Assembly (NCBI GenBank): GCA_963785305.1
Contig: CAWAUV010000007.1
Location: forward strand, 544,001 to 608,000
Source of the DNA: an uncultured Planctomycetaceae bacterium
Lineage (GTDB): Bacteria > Planctomycetota > Planctomycetia > Pirellulales > PALSA-1355
DNA: 64,000 nucleotides
Direction: 5' to 3'
In this document: positions 31,184 to 43,074 of the stretch, one piece after another
How the letters are laid out: every line of letters starts with the position of its first letter
Numbering within the stretch: the first letter of the stretch is position 1
Notes under the pieces: generated by a model
Told to the model about the DNA's origin: nothing
The model's database searches: none
Seen by the model: only the letters and a program-made list of their open reading frames with translations
Program-made: the position numbers and the translations under genes

Positions 31184-33442
31184 TTATTCGTCGGCGTAGA
31201 CTCGCGTGCTTTCTTCCTTCGTGATCGGGGCGCGGACTTCGTCGCTCACCACTTGCACGCGCACTCGGCAGTCGCCGGCCCGCAGGGCCTGGGCCTTGAT
31301 CGCGTACACGACATCGGCCTTGGGGCCCAGTTGGTCCAGCGGCTCGAAGAGCACTCGCTGGCCATCAATGCCATACTTCACAGGACCATCGGCGCCGAGC
31401 GGACGCATTTCCGGCGGCAGCAGGGCGACGACGCGCACATGGTTCGCCGCTTTCGAGCCCTGATTCACTACCCGCACTTCGTAGGTTGTCTGGCCGTTCA
31501 ACTCCACCGGGTCGTTTTTGTCGATCAGTTCGAACATGATCGCGGCCAAGCCATCGACCACGACCGACTCTTCGACCGCGTCGGCGAGCCCCTGTTTGGC
31601 TTGCCCGCGCACTTGCACCTTGAGCTCGCCGGGCTGCTGCGGCACGGCGGTGAGCGATACCTTGCCGGTTTCTTGCGGGGGCAATTCCTCGAGACTCCAA
31701 TACACGGTATTCGTCACCGGGTCGAAGTGGCCGAGGTTATTCGCCTCGACGAATTTCATGCCGCTGGGCAACGTCGCGGCCAGCTCGATATCATGGGCCG
31801 GCGCCGTGCCGGGATTCGACACCGAGACCGTAAACGTGGCGCTGCGTTCAAGGTATCGCCGCTTCGGACCGGTCACGCCTACTTTCAAGCCGGGCGCGAG
31901 CACCTCGAATTCGGCGCGAGTTTCGGCATGCACGTTGTTGTCGGCGTTGGCCGAGAGCACATTGACCACGTGGCCGGCCTGCTGGGCGCCGAGCGTCAGT
32001 TCCAGGTCGCGCGCTTCGCCGGGACGAAGCGAGCCGATTTCGAATTCCAATTCCGGCCCGGCCCCATGCTTGAGCTCGGCGGGCACATTCTCCGAAAGCA
32101 CGACTCCGGTGGCGATGCCCGATCCGGGGTTGGCCAAATGGATTTTCATGGTGACCGGCGAGCCGATGAGCACTTCGCGAGGCGCGGCCACTTCGAGCGT
32201 GAGGGCGGCGCGGGTCGAGCGAGTGCGCACCGAAGCGGCGGCTTGAAAATGCACGGTGGCCACGCTGCCGATCTCGCCCTCGGCCGTGGGAAGCAGTTGC
32301 ATTTCAATGTTGATCTCGTCGCCGGGCTTCATGGCGCCCAGTTGCCAGCGGAGCTTGCCCGGCGCCGGCTGGGTGGCGGGCGGCTTGGCCCCGACGAACT
32401 GCACTCCCCGCGGCACATCGTCTTGAATCTCGACGCCCTGAGCCGCCACCGCGCCGACATTGCGAACCTTAATGATAAACGTGGCCGGCTTGCCGACCTG
32501 AATCTCGCTCGGGGCTCGCTTTTCGATGGTGAGCGTGGGCGTTTGCGATCCTTCGAGTTGCGAGTCGCCCGGGCGGCCGAGTCCTTCGAGCGCCCTTTGC
32601 GCCCCCGCCGCGAGCGATTCGGTGGCCGACGCGGGCATGGCAGCGCCTTCTTGCGAAGTCGGCAGGGGGCCGAACAGGTTTTCGCTAGCGGCGTCGCCGG
32701 CCAGCCCGCCGGCATTTTGACCCGGCTCGGGATTCAGCGGCCGAGCGTAGGGATCGGCGCCGACGATCGGGGCGAGGTTGCGCGGCTCGTCGCTCGCGGG
32801 CATTGGCGCCGAGAATGAAGTCGGGTCCTGGGGCGCGGCCGCCGAGGAATCGCTCGGGGCGCCGAAGGGGGGCGATGTCTCCGGCGGTAGCGGCATCGGA
32901 ACATTGTTCGGATCGCTGGGCTCGGGTGTCTGGCCGGCGCGAATTTCCGGTGGAGCGCCGTAGTAAGGGTCGGGCTCCGGCCCGCGGGCGGCGGTCGCCG
33001 GTTGCGACGCATCGCGACTGGGGAGCGAATCGCCGCTGGCGACTTCGGGCTGGGGATTGGCTCGCTCGAAGGGATCGGCGCCTGCGGGGCGATCGAGCCG
33101 GCCGGCTCGTTCGGGCCGATCGATGGCGTCGCGAGCAGGGATGGCGTCGCGACCTGGGGCGGCATCGGCAAAGCGACCATCGAGTTCCGAGGGGCCGCGA
33201 AATGCGTCGCCGCGTTCGTCGGCGGGCGCGGGGCCACGGCGGCCAAAGGGGTCGACGGCATTGGCGCTGGCCGGGTCCTCGGCCGCGGCCAGCGGAATCG
33301 GTCGCGCGTCGGGCGGGGCCGCTGGTTGTTCAAAAGGCGGGGGCGCCTGGGGGCCGAAGCCCTTTTCAACCTGTGTGACGCCCAGGTATCCGAGCCCGAC
33401 CACCGAGCCGAGAATCAACGCGTGAACGATAAATCGCTTCAT
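31184..33442 (-). CDS. DUF11 (OmcB-like conserved repeat) exported protein with Pro-rich N-terminus
   Basis: N-term TM; repeats V.N.G...A..V...D.VP, NPGSGIATGV, DKNDPVE...NQGS; C-term KEESTRVY. Confidence 0.85.
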   Translation of the reverse strand: MKRFIVHALILGSVVGLGYLGVTQVEKGFGPQAPPPFEQPAAPPDARPIPLAAAEDPASANAVDPFGRRGPAPADERGDAFRGPSELDGRFADAAPGRDAIPARDAIDRPERAGRLDRPAGADPFERANPQPEVASGDSLPSRDASQPATAARGPEPDPYYGAPPEIRAGQTPEPSDPNNVPMPLPPETSPPFGAPSDSSAAAPQDPTSFSAPMPASDEPRNLAPIVGADPYARPLNPEPGQNAGGLAGDAASENLFGPLPTSQEGAAMPASATESLAAGAQRALEGLGRPGDSQLEGSQTPTLTIEKRAPSEIQVGKPATFIIKVRNVGAVAAQGVEIQDDVPRGVQFVGAKPPATQPAPGKLRWQLGAMKPGDEINIEMQLLPTAEGEIGSVATVHFQAAASVRTRSTRAALTLEVAAPREVLIGSPVTMKIHLANPGSGIATGVVLSENVPAELKHGAGPELEFEIGSLRPGEARDLELTLGAQQAGHVVNVLSANADNNVHAETRAEFEVLAPGLKVGVTGPKRRYLERSATFTVSVSNPGTAPAHDIELAATLPSGMKFVEANNLGHFDPVTNTVYWSLEELPPQETGKVSLTAVPQQPGELKVQVRGQAKQGLADAVEESVVVDGLAAIMFELIDKNDPVELNGQTTYEVRVVNQGSKAANHVRVVALLPPEMRPLGADGPVKYGIDGQRVLFEPLDQLGPKADVVYAIKAQALRAGDCRVRVQVVSDEVRAPITKEESTRVYADE

Positions 33443-33835
33443 GGAGGCACGCCCAGTCGAGAGAAACAAGAATCGGAGCGAGAAGCCGTTTTTTTGCTGA
33501 AGATTGGAAGGGCTGCGGGTAGATACCAAAATCAGCCACGGGAGTTAAGGCCAGATCGCCGCCGATCTCGGTGGGCGCAATCGGGGCAAGCCGGCGGGAC
33601 GCCTCGAAAAATCGGAATTTGTCGATCGCGCGTGCTTGACGTCCGCGGCGCCGGCGCTCTAGGCTTGCTAGCGTGTCTCAAATGGACTTGCCAGTCCAAT
33701 GGGCGGTTCTATAATCCGAAGACTTTCGGCGATGTATCGCGGCGTGCGTGGAATTGCCGATCGCCTTGGGTCCATGGCTCGTGGCCGAAGCGGCAAATGC
33801 GTTTCGGCCGGTCAGCGGGCCATGAAATTCGAAGT

Positions 33836-33908
33836 GCGGGTGTAGCTCAGTTGGTAGAGCACGACGTTGCCAACGTCGTTGTCGTGGGTTCGAATCCCAT
33901 CACCCGCT
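33836..33908 (+). tRNA. tRNA-Gly (GCC)
   Basis: GCGGGTG/CACCCGC; CGACG-TT-GCC-AA-CGTCG; GTTCGAATC. Confidence 0.97.
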
Positions 33909-34322
33909 GTTAGTGTTTGTAATTTCTTGGCGGCGGTTTGCGTCGCCATAGTGCTGGGAGCGTTGCTGGAGCTGGGCGCGTTCCCGGCCGGGGAGGCGCG
34001 GGGCCGCTCCGAAAGTCGCTGGCCGGCATGCTGGGCCTTGGACGGCGAGGGAGCCGAACTTCCCATTGCCGTTCAGCTTCGCCAGATTCCGGCCAAAATG
34101 GGCGCGGCTCCCTTGGGGCTTGGACAACCGCGGGGCTGCATGGCAGAATGCGCCATCAGAGACCGGCGCCGCCCATTGGCAAGCGCACACGGAAGACCGC
34201 TCTTATTTATTTCGGCCGATTTTGTCTCGTTCCATTTTGCTCGAACGCACTAGCGTGGTTCCAGAGCGTTGAAGTCGCTCGATCACGCGGTGTCGACACG
34301 ATTTTTTTGAAGGCGAATTGAC

Positions 34323-35792
34323 ATGGCTCTCAGCGACGAAATCGACGAAGAAGGCGCCGACAGTGAAACCGGCGTCGACGAGGCGGCCGAACGAATGAAC
34401 CTCGAGGTCAAGGTGACGAGCCCCTCGGCTTGTGAGCGGCATCTGACCGTCACGATTTCGCCCGAGGATATTCAGCGATATTTCGACAAGGAATTCAGCG
34501 GCATGATGAGCACCGCCGCCGTGCCGGGTTTCCGCGCCGGCCGGGCGCCGCGAAAACTGATCGAGTCGCGCTTTCGCAAGGACGTGGCCGAGCGGGTCAA
34601 GAGCTCGCTCCTGCTCGACAGTCTGACCCAAGTGACCGAGGATCAGGATTTCTCGGCCATCAGCGAGCCCTCGCTCGATCCCACCTTGGTCGAAGTGCCC
34701 GACACCGGGCCGCTGACCTTCGAGTTCGATCTCGAAGTGCGGCCGGAGTTCGACCTGCCGAATTGGAAGAATCTGGAGATCAGCCGCCCGGTGCATGAAT
34801 TCGGCGAAGCCGACATTCAGATTCAGATCGAGCGCATCCTGGCCCGCTATGGCAAGCTCACGCCGCACGCCGGCCCGGCCGCTACGGGCGATTATGTGAG
34901 CTGCAATCTGACGTTCAAGAATGGCGACGAAGTCTTGTCCGAGGGCAAGGAAGAGGTGATTCGTATTCGCCCGACGCTCAGTTTCCGCGACTGCAATATC
35001 ACGCAGTTCGACAAACTGATGGGCGGCGCGACCGCCGGCCAAACCCGGGAAGGCAAGGCCCAAATGGGCGACACCGGCCCCGAGGCGCTCCGCGGCAAGC
35101 AGATCACGGCGATCTTCGAAGTGCTCGAAGTCAAGAAGCTCGAACTTCCGGAGCTCACGCCCGAATTCCTTGGGCAGCTTGGCTTCGATGGCGAAGGCGA
35201 GCTGAAAGACGCGGTCAAATCGTCGCTCGAGCGGCAATTGGAATACCGGCAACACCAAGAGGCTCGCAAGCAGCTCACGGCCGCGCTCCTCAAGACCGCC
35301 GATTGGGATTTGCCTCCCAAGCTGCTGCGTCGCCAAAGCGCTCGCGAATTCGAGCGGGCGATCATGGAATTGCAACGCAACGGATTCAGCGAGGATGAAA
35401 TTCGCGCCACCGCGAACAACTTGCGTCAGAACAGCGACGTGAACACCGCCCGCGCGCTCAAGGAGCATTTCATCCTTGAGCGGATCGCGGAAGAAGAAAA
35501 AATCGATGTCGAGCCAGCCGACTACGACGCCGAAGTGGCGCTCATCGGCAAGCAGACCGAGGAAAGCCCGCGGCGCGTGCGAGCCCGGCTGGAAAAAGAA
35601 GGGCTCATGGACGCCCTGCGAAATCAGATTGTCGAGCGCAAGACGATCGAACTGGTGCTCGAGCATGCCAAGTTCAAGGAAGTGCCCTTCAAGCAAGAAG
35701 ACACCAACACCGAAGCGATCGATCAGGCGGCGGGCGGCGAGGAGTCGGACACCGCGGTATCGGGTGAAGGGAACTCGCCCGAGGCGTCTTGA
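34323..35792 (+). CDS. tig: Trigger factor
   Basis: VPGFRAGRAP, FDLEVRPEF; upstream of clpP. Confidence 0.95.
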   Translation: MALSDEIDEEGADSETGVDEAAERMNLEVKVTSPSACERHLTVTISPEDIQRYFDKEFSGMMSTAAVPGFRAGRAPRKLIESRFRKDVAERVKSSLLLDSLTQVTEDQDFSAISEPSLDPTLVEVPDTGPLTFEFDLEVRPEFDLPNWKNLEISRPVHEFGEADIQIQIERILARYGKLTPHAGPAATGDYVSCNLTFKNGDEVLSEGKEEVIRIRPTLSFRDCNITQFDKLMGGATAGQTREGKAQMGDTGPEALRGKQITAIFEVLEVKKLELPELTPEFLGQLGFDGEGELKDAVKSSLERQLEYRQHQEARKQLTAALLKTADWDLPPKLLRRQSAREFERAIMELQRNGFSEDEIRATANNLRQNSDVNTARALKEHFILERIAEEEKIDVEPADYDAEVALIGKQTEESPRRVRARLEKEGLMDALRNQIVERKTIELVLEHAKFKEVPFKQEDTNTEAIDQAAGGEESDTAVSGEGNSPEAS

Positions 35793-36123
35793 ATTCGCGG
35801 GGCCTCGCGCGCCCGAATGTTCGGCTCTCGCGGCGCCAAGGCGCGTGGCCGGTTCGCCGTGTCTTGTAAAAAACATCGAGGCCGCGGCGAGGCGTCGACG
35901 TTTTGGAATCGCAACGGAGGGCAACTTCATTTCTTGGATGATATTTCCGGCGGACGCCGCCTTGGTGGACGCGCGGCTTTGCCCTTTCCCTGGAAGCCTC
36001 GGATCGAAACAATACAACTGAGCCGGATGGAATCATAAGCACGCCGAACGGCGGGCCGTGGCGCGTCAAGCAGAGCCCCGGCCCCCCTTGCAACGTCGGC
36101 AGGAGACAGAAAGAAACCACGCC

Positions 36124-36717
36124 ATGTCCTACCGCGACTATCAGCGTCAGCGTCAGATGACCCTCGGCGATCTTCTACTGGAGAATCGCATTATTCTTCT
36201 CCAGGGCGAGATTCACGACGGCAACGCCAATGAACTCGTGATGAAGCTGTTGTACTTGCAGAGCGAAAATCGCCGCAAGCCGATCCACTTCTACATCAAC
36301 TCGCCCGGCGGCAGCGTGACCGCCACGCTCGCGATCTACGACACGATGCAAATCTGCTCGTGCCCGGTGGCCACCTACTGCGTGGGATTGGCGGCGAGCG
36401 GCGGGGCGGTGCTTTTGGCCGGCGGCGCGAAGGGCAAGCGATTTGCCTTGCCGCACGCCAAGGTAATGATTCATCAGCCCTATGGCCAAGTGGGCGGGCA
36501 AGTGTCGGACATCGAGATTCAGGCCGACGAAATCCTCAAAACCCGCGATGTGCTCAACCATGTGCTGGCCGATCATACCGGTCAGCCGCTCGAGCGCATC
36601 GCCAAGGACACGAATCGCGACTATTACATGACCGCCATCGAAGCCAAGCATTATGGCGTGGTCGATGATATCCTCACCCGACCGGCCGCGACCGAGGAAG
36701 AAGACGAAAAGCCGTGA
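36124..36717 (+). CDS. clpP: ClpP protease subunit
   Basis: [24 protein letters not shown]. Confidence 0.95.
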   Translation: MSYRDYQRQRQMTLGDLLLENRIILLQGEIHDGNANELVMKLLYLQSENRRKPIHFYINSPGGSVTATLAIYDTMQICSCPVATYCVGLAASGGAVLLAGGAKGKRFALPHAKVMIHQPYGQVGGQVSDIEIQADEILKTRDVLNHVLADHTGQPLERIAKDTNRDYYMTAIEAKHYGVVDDILTRPAATEEEDEKP

Positions 36718-36809
36718 GACGCGAGGCCGTGTTTGCCGGCCGCGATCGCGCAGGCGCAAGGCCGATCGAAAAAACGAACCAACCCAACCTTGCAGAATGT
36801 GACCGAGCC

Positions 36810-37415
36810 ATGCCACTGATTCCCTATGTCATCGAAAAGAGCGGCCGTGAAGAACGGGCGATGGACATCTACAGCCGGCTGCTGAAAGATCGCATCGTCT
36901 TTCTCGGCTCGCAGGTCAACGATGAGGTGGCCAACGCCATCGTCGCGCAAATGTTGTTTCTGCAATCCGACGACCCGAAGTCGGATATCCATCTCTACAT
37001 CAATTCGCCGGGCGGCAGCGTGACCGCCGGTTTGGCGATCTACGACACGATGCAGTTCGTCACCTGCGATGTGGCGACCTATTGCATCGGTCAGGCCGCT
37101 TCGATGGGCGCGGTGCTCCTTACCGCCGGAACGGCCGGCAAGCGCCATGCGCTGCCGAATGCCCGCATCATGATTCACCAGCCGCTGGCCGGCATGGAAG
37201 GCACGGCCGAGGAGATCATGATCCATGCCAAGGAATTCAAGAAGGTGAAGGCCAAGCTGAATCAGATCTTGATCAAGCACACCGGCCACCCGATCGAACA
37301 GATCGAACAGGACACCGACCGCGACCGCTTCATGTCGGCCGCCGAGGCGATGGAATACCGCCTGCTCGACCGCGTGATCGAACGCATGGAACACAAGCCG
37401 GGCAAAGAAGGTTAA
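36810..37415 (+). CDS. clpP: ClpP protease subunit, second paralogue
   Basis: [34 protein letters not shown]. Confidence 0.96.
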   Translation: MPLIPYVIEKSGREERAMDIYSRLLKDRIVFLGSQVNDEVANAIVAQMLFLQSDDPKSDIHLYINSPGGSVTAGLAIYDTMQFVTCDVATYCIGQAASMGAVLLTAGTAGKRHALPNARIMIHQPLAGMEGTAEEIMIHAKEFKKVKAKLNQILIKHTGHPIEQIEQDTDRDRFMSAAEAMEYRLLDRVIERMEHKPGKEG

Positions 37416-37756
37416 TGGCGAAACTTCGGGCATGAATCGACGAGCCATTTCATCTTGGGCGTTTCAATCGTGAACGGCCCAAGATTTTTGTCCGTTTGAG
37501 TTGCCAGCAACGCTGTCTCGACGCTTCGCTTCGGGATTTTCTTTTGCTTTGGGGCAAAATCGCCGTTTCGCCGCTCGGGCGAAATCGCTACAAGCTCGTT
37601 TTGGATTAGGCCAACGCTCGTTCGTTGGCGGCGCCGGCGCCCAAACAGCGCCCGCCGCTCCCTTCGCCCGGCCTGTCCAACGAAGCATCTCATCTCACTG
37701 GTTCTCGAATCTCGTCGTCTCGAAATTTCACGGTCCCTTTGTCGCATGAGGCTGAC

Positions 37757-39729
37757 ATGGGCGTTCGGCGTTGGATCATGGGCGCGTGCTCGCGCTTGCC
37801 GCGGCCGGTTGCCGCTCCGGAGGAGCGAACAACAACCAGACGCTGCTCGAGCGCGAGCTGCGCTTTCAAGAAACGGAATTGTGGCGTCTGCGCGACGAAA
37901 TCGAAGATTTGGGCTGCCAGCTTGAAATGGCCCAGCGCGAGAACGATTCACTCAAAAAAGACCTCGTCAACGACCCCCTCCCCGCGCCGCGGCCGAAAAA
38001 ATCGCCCGAACTCGTGCTGCCCAGCCTCGATGGATCGCCCAGTGTTCCCGCGCCGGCCACGCCGCGGCGCCGCGCCGGACGCGTCGATCCCGGCACGGTC
38101 GAAGGCCCCGCGGAGGTCGAGGTCCCGAAGATCGATCTCGGGCCCGGCCAAACCAGCGAGCGGGCGCCGAGCGAGTCGATGCCAAGCGAGCCGGCATCCG
38201 GCGACGCGGGTCCGAGTTTCGATTCTGGACCTCCCGAGCCGATGGAACTTTCGCCGCCCGCCGAGCCCGACGCGCCCGGTGAATTGCCAAGCCCCAATGC
38301 CTCGCGGCAAGAACGCACCCGGGCCACGCGCCGCAGTGACCATGCGATGCTCGCCGCGCACAACGCGCCTTTGCCCCCCACGGGGCCGGCGACCAAGCTC
38401 GTGATCGCCAAACAATTCACGGGCGGTCGCGATCGCGATGGCCATCCGGGCCACGAAGGCATCACGATTGCTTTCGAGCCGCGCGACGAAAACGACCGGC
38501 TCGCCGGCCCGAGCGGCGATGTATCGATCGTGGTGCTCGATCCGGCGTTTAGCGGTCCCCAGGCGCGCGTCGCCCGCTGGGACTTCAAAGCGAGCGAAGC
38601 GGCCAAGCACTTTGGCGGCAAGGGGCTCAGCCGCGGCTATTACTTCGACCTTCCTTGGTCCGGACACGCGCCGGCGAACGAAAAACTTCAAGTCTTCGTG
38701 CGCCTCGTCACGCCCGACGGCGCTCGGCTCGTGGCGGACCAAAATATCGATATCGCCCTACCGAGCAGTGTCGCGAATACTCGTTCAAGCCGCGGCGGCG
38801 CGGGCCCCGCGATTCCCAGCATTCTCATGGCCCCGCCAGCCAGCGGCGCCGCGGGCGCGAACGCCGATGGCGCCACCGTCGCGGGTTCGCCAGCGCCGCG
38901 GGCACGCTTTTACTCACGAACCAAGCCGGCGGCAAATTCGGCGGCAAACTTCTCGCCAAACGATCCATTGCCGCCCGGCGCCATGACCGACGACGCCTTC
39001 GACGCCGCGATCGACCCGCGAACCGGCCTCGCCGCCGCGCCCGCGGCTGGCGGCGACTCGACGCAATCGGGGCGCTCCGGCAGGTTCTTCGATCGGACTC
39101 GGCTGGGCGGCGGCCCAGGGCTCTTCGCCTTCGACGGACACATGCTCCGCAATCTGGGCGGAGGCAATTCTCGCAATCCGAAACCGACGCCGGCGACACC
39201 CTACCGCCTGGATTCCTACGGACCCGATGGCGAACCACGTTTTGTGATGAACCCGGGTTACGCTCCCGCATCGTCGGCGGGCGCTCCCGCGGCAGCCTAT
39301 GGCCCGATGCCAGCCAACGCCGGCGCGTCCGCATACGGTCCCGCGCCGGGTTACAGCGCCGCGCCCGGCTACGGTCCGGTAGTTAGCTATGGCCCGCCGC
39401 CGGGCTACGGCCCGATGGCCGCCTATGGCCCGGCGCCCTACACGGCTGGGGCTTATGGCCCGGCCCCTGGATATCCCGCCTCGGGCGTATACAGCGCCCC
39501 GGGATATGGGCCACCGACCTTTGTGGTTCCCTACATCATGCCGCCAGCGAACGGCGGCGCGCCGAACAACTCGGGCGATGTCGCTCGCATGGGCGCCCCA
39601 CCGGCCGGCGATGATTGGGCATCGAGCTTGGCGCCGGTCGGTGGTCCGCCACCGCAGTCCGACGAAGCTCCGATCGAAGAGCCGCCGGCGCCGCGCGTCA
39701 GCCGCCCGATTTGGCGTCCCTATCGCTAA
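37757..39729 (+). CDS. Lipoprotein with coiled coil, globular domain and Tyr-Gly-Pro-rich tail; frameshift ~37785
   Basis: ATG 37757 then VLALAAAGC lipobox; LERELR coil; VARWDF; ends RPIWRPYR. Confidence 0.65.
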
Positions 39730-39762
39730 CCACTTCATCGCGTCGCGCGGGCGTGCCGTGTT

Positions 39763-40781
39763 TCAGCCCATGCTCATGGTCGACACCAGCGCGGCGAGCA
39801 ATTGTCGGGCAGCGCCGCGATCGATCGCCTCGAGCGCCGCGGCAGCGCAGTCTCGCGGCTCCGCCAAGCGGCCGGCCACCCAAAGTCCCGCCGCGGCGTT
39901 GAGCGCCACGATATCGCGAGCCGGGCCACGCTCGCCGGCAAGCACTCCGCGAATGATCGCCGCGCTTTGCTCCGGACCCTCGATGCGAAGCGTGTCGAGC
40001 GACTGCGCGCGAATCCGAAATCCTCGGGCGACCACGCGAAGTCGCGCACTCCCTGGCCGGTGGCCTCGCTCACGAAGGTCGGTCCGGTAAGCGTCAGTTC
40101 ATCGAGCCCATCGTGACCATGCACGACAATCGCGCGCCGAGCGCCGAGTCGCACAAGCGCCTCGGCCACGAGCCCGCGCAACTCGGGCCGGGCGACGCCG
40201 ATCACTTGAAATGGCGCTCCGGCCGGATTCGCCAGGGGTCCGAGCAGATTGAAGATCGTGGGAACACCGAGTTGTTTCCGCACCGCCGACACCCGTTTCA
40301 TGGCCCCGTGAAACAGCGGCGCGAAACAGAAGCAAAGCCCGAGTTCGTCGAGCGCCCGTTCGACGGTCGGGAGGTCGGCAAGCACGTTGACTCCCAAGGC
40401 CGCGAGCACATCGCCGGAGCCGCTACGGCTGGTGATGGCGCGATTGCCATGCTTTGCCACGGGCGCCCCGGCGGCCGCGGCGACCAGCGCGGCGGCGGTG
40501 CTGATGTTGAATGTGTTCGAGCCATCGCCGCCGGTTCCGCAGGTATCGAGCAGGTTCGCGCGGCGCGAGCGAATGGGCGTCATGTGGCGGCGCAGAGCCA
40601 GGGCGGCGCCGGCCACTTCGTCGCTGGTCTCGCCTTTGGCGCGGAGGGCCGTGAGCAGCAGCCCGATTTGCGGGTCGGTCCACTGGCCGCGCATGATGGC
40701 GTCGATGGTCTCGGCCATCTGTTCGGCCGAAAGATTTTGGCCCGAGGCGACCTGGCCGAGCGTGGCGTCGATCGTCAGCAC
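39763..40781 (-). CDS. trpD: Anthranilate phosphoribosyltransferase; frameshift ~40010
   Basis: DTCGTGGDG..TFNIST, KHGNR, FNLLGPLANP, DGLDE, LNAAAGL. Confidence 0.95.
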
Positions 40782-40809
40782 AAGTTCCCCCGAAACGCGT
40801 TTGCGACTA

Positions 40810-41127
40810 TCAAAAGTCGATCATTTGTTGGCCGGGCGCCGTGGGCAGAATCACGATTTTGCCATCGCCCATGCGGCCGGTGCGGGCGACCTCGACGATG
40901 CGGCGCACGATTTCCTCGACGCGATTGTCGTCGACCCAGAGCGTGATTTCGACCTTGGGCAAAAAGGCGAGCGAGTATTCGCTCGACGCGTATTGATCGA
41001 GGTAGCTTTTCTGGCGGCCATAGCCCTTCACTTCGCGCACCGAACATGCTTCCAAAGGGGCGAGCTTGAGGCCATCGAGCACTTTCTCGGCCAGAAACGG
41101 TTTTACGACGGCCATCACTTGTTTCAT
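40810..41127 (-). CDS. PII-family nitrogen regulator (short C-terminus)
   Basis: VKPF, VKGYGRQK, EY...FLPKVEI, ARTGRMGDGKI. Confidence 0.92.
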   Translation of the reverse strand: MKQVMAVVKPFLAEKVLDGLKLAPLEACSVREVKGYGRQKSYLDQYASSEYSLAFLPKVEITLWVDDNRVEEIVRRIVEVARTGRMGDGKIVILPTAPGQQMIDF

Positions 41128-41146
41128 GCGTATCACGCTGTGCGAA

Positions 41147-42890
41147 TCATGTCTCGAACACGGCCCCCTGGCCGATGCGAGGCGCCCGGCCGAGCTTGCG
41201 GAGCAGTCGCCGCTGAAGCCCTCCCCAGAGTATAGTCCATTCGCGGCTGCCCATCATCCACGCGGTGAACAGATAGGCTCCCCCGCCGGCGATAACCAGC
41301 GCCGCGAGCCTCGCAATCTCGGCCGCGGGGCGAACCGCCGCGGGCAGGCAGGCGCCCAGCGCCGCGAGCACAATCGCCTGGGCCGCCGCGCTCATCAATG
41401 TCGGCCCCCACCCGCCGACAAGCATCGACCACGGCTTTCGATAGCGATTCTTGAGCGCGACAAGCAGTCCCGCGACTTGCGCTGGCGGCGAGAGTGGTGG
41501 CCAGGGCGAGCCCGCGCTCGGCCAGTGGCCACACCAGCAGCAGATCGAGCGAAATGCCAGCTACCGCGCCGACGAGCGCCATGCGAATCACAAGGCGAGA
41601 TTCTCCCAGGGCATAGGCGGCGCGAGTCAGAATCGGTAGCGAGCAGAGCGCGAGCATGCCGGCCGCATGAACGACGATCATGCCGGCCGTGCGGCGAGTG
41701 TCGTCGAGACCAAAGCGACCATGCTCAAACGCCAACCGCACGAACGGCTCGGCCAACAGGGCGAGGCTCACCGCGATCGGCGCCGCGGCGAACCAAGCCA
41801 GACGTAGCGAACGCCCGAGCTCGATCGCGGCGGCCCGGAGCTGGCCTCGCGCGGCATGGCGACTCAGGAGCGGAAACACGGCCGTCGCCAGGGCCACCCC
41901 GATGATGCCGACGGGCGCTTGGTAAAAGCGTTCGGCATAGTAGATGCTCGACAGCGCGCCGGCGGTAAGCGGGTAGCGGATCGTGGAGCCCAGCCCTGGG
42001 AAGCCGAGCGACCCGGCGATCGGCACTCCATCGTGAAGCGACCCAGGGGCCGGCGCCGAGAGGAGCCAAGCGATCGTGCTATCGCCGACCACGCTCAACT
42101 GCGCGATGCCCAGGGCCAGGACCAGCGGCCCAAGCCCGCGGCCGATCTTGCCCAGCGCCTCGCGACACGCCGGCAAATCGAGCCGCCAGCGAAACCCACA
42201 TTTCCAAAGCGCCCAAGCTTGCACGATTGCTTGCAGAAGCCCCGAAACGACGACACACAGCGCAATCACTCCGCCCTGGCCGGCGGGATCGCTGGCGAGC
42301 CGCGGCGCCCAAAGCCAAATGCCGGCGAGCCAGCAAAGATTGAAGAGCACCGCTCCACTGGCGGCCGCGGCAAAGCGGCCGAGCGTTTGCAGCGTGGCGG
42401 CAAGTTGGGCGGCAATGCAAATGAACCACAGATATGGCAACATCACCGCCGACAGCGCCAGCACAAGCCGTGATTGCTCGCGATCGGCCCACCAACGCCA
42501 AGCGACGAAAATTCCCGCTTCGCCCGCGACCACGATTCCCGCCAATCCGGCCGCGAGCAACATCAGCATACCCGTGGTCAATCGCCAAGCGGCCTCGCGG
42601 TCGCGCTGCAACTGATCGGCCAGCACCGGCACATAGCAAGCGGCGAGCGCTCCTTCGCCAAACAGCCGCCGGAACATGTTGGGCGCCCGCAACGCGATCA
42701 CCAGCGCGTCCATCACCGGCGAGCCACCCAAAACGGCCGCGGTGGCGATATCGCGCACGAATCCCAGCAATCGGCTGCCCAAAATCCCAACGGCCGTGGC
42801 GGTAGCCCCCGCCACGAGGCCCCGCGCGCCTCGCGGAGTGTCTTGCGGTTCGCGCTCGGTCGGGCGACGTTCGACGAAACGTGGAGTCAT
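41147..42890 (-). CDS. murJ: Lipid II flippase MurJ/MviN; frameshift ~41460
   Basis: SRLLGFVRD, PNMFRRLFGEGAL, YYAER..Q.P.G..GVALAT..FP.LS. Confidence 0.92.
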
Positions 42891-43074
42891 GGTCGGCGAA
42901 AGCTCGCGGAATTTGCGAAGAAATCGCCGCGGATCATAGGCATTTCGACACAAAGCGAACAGGCGGCTTTGCACGCGTTGGACAATCGGCGGGAAGACCG
43001 GTAGAGTCGAATCCTTGGGGGCGCCGGCCCAGGCAATTTCCTTTCGAGACACTCCCTTTTCCCGCCGTGCCTGC

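Noticed and set aside
9785..36017. Long antisense ORFs (e.g. 9785-11830, 12389-13897, 31145-32818, 34203-36017)
   Set aside because: Shadows of real genes on the opposite strand in high-GC DNA
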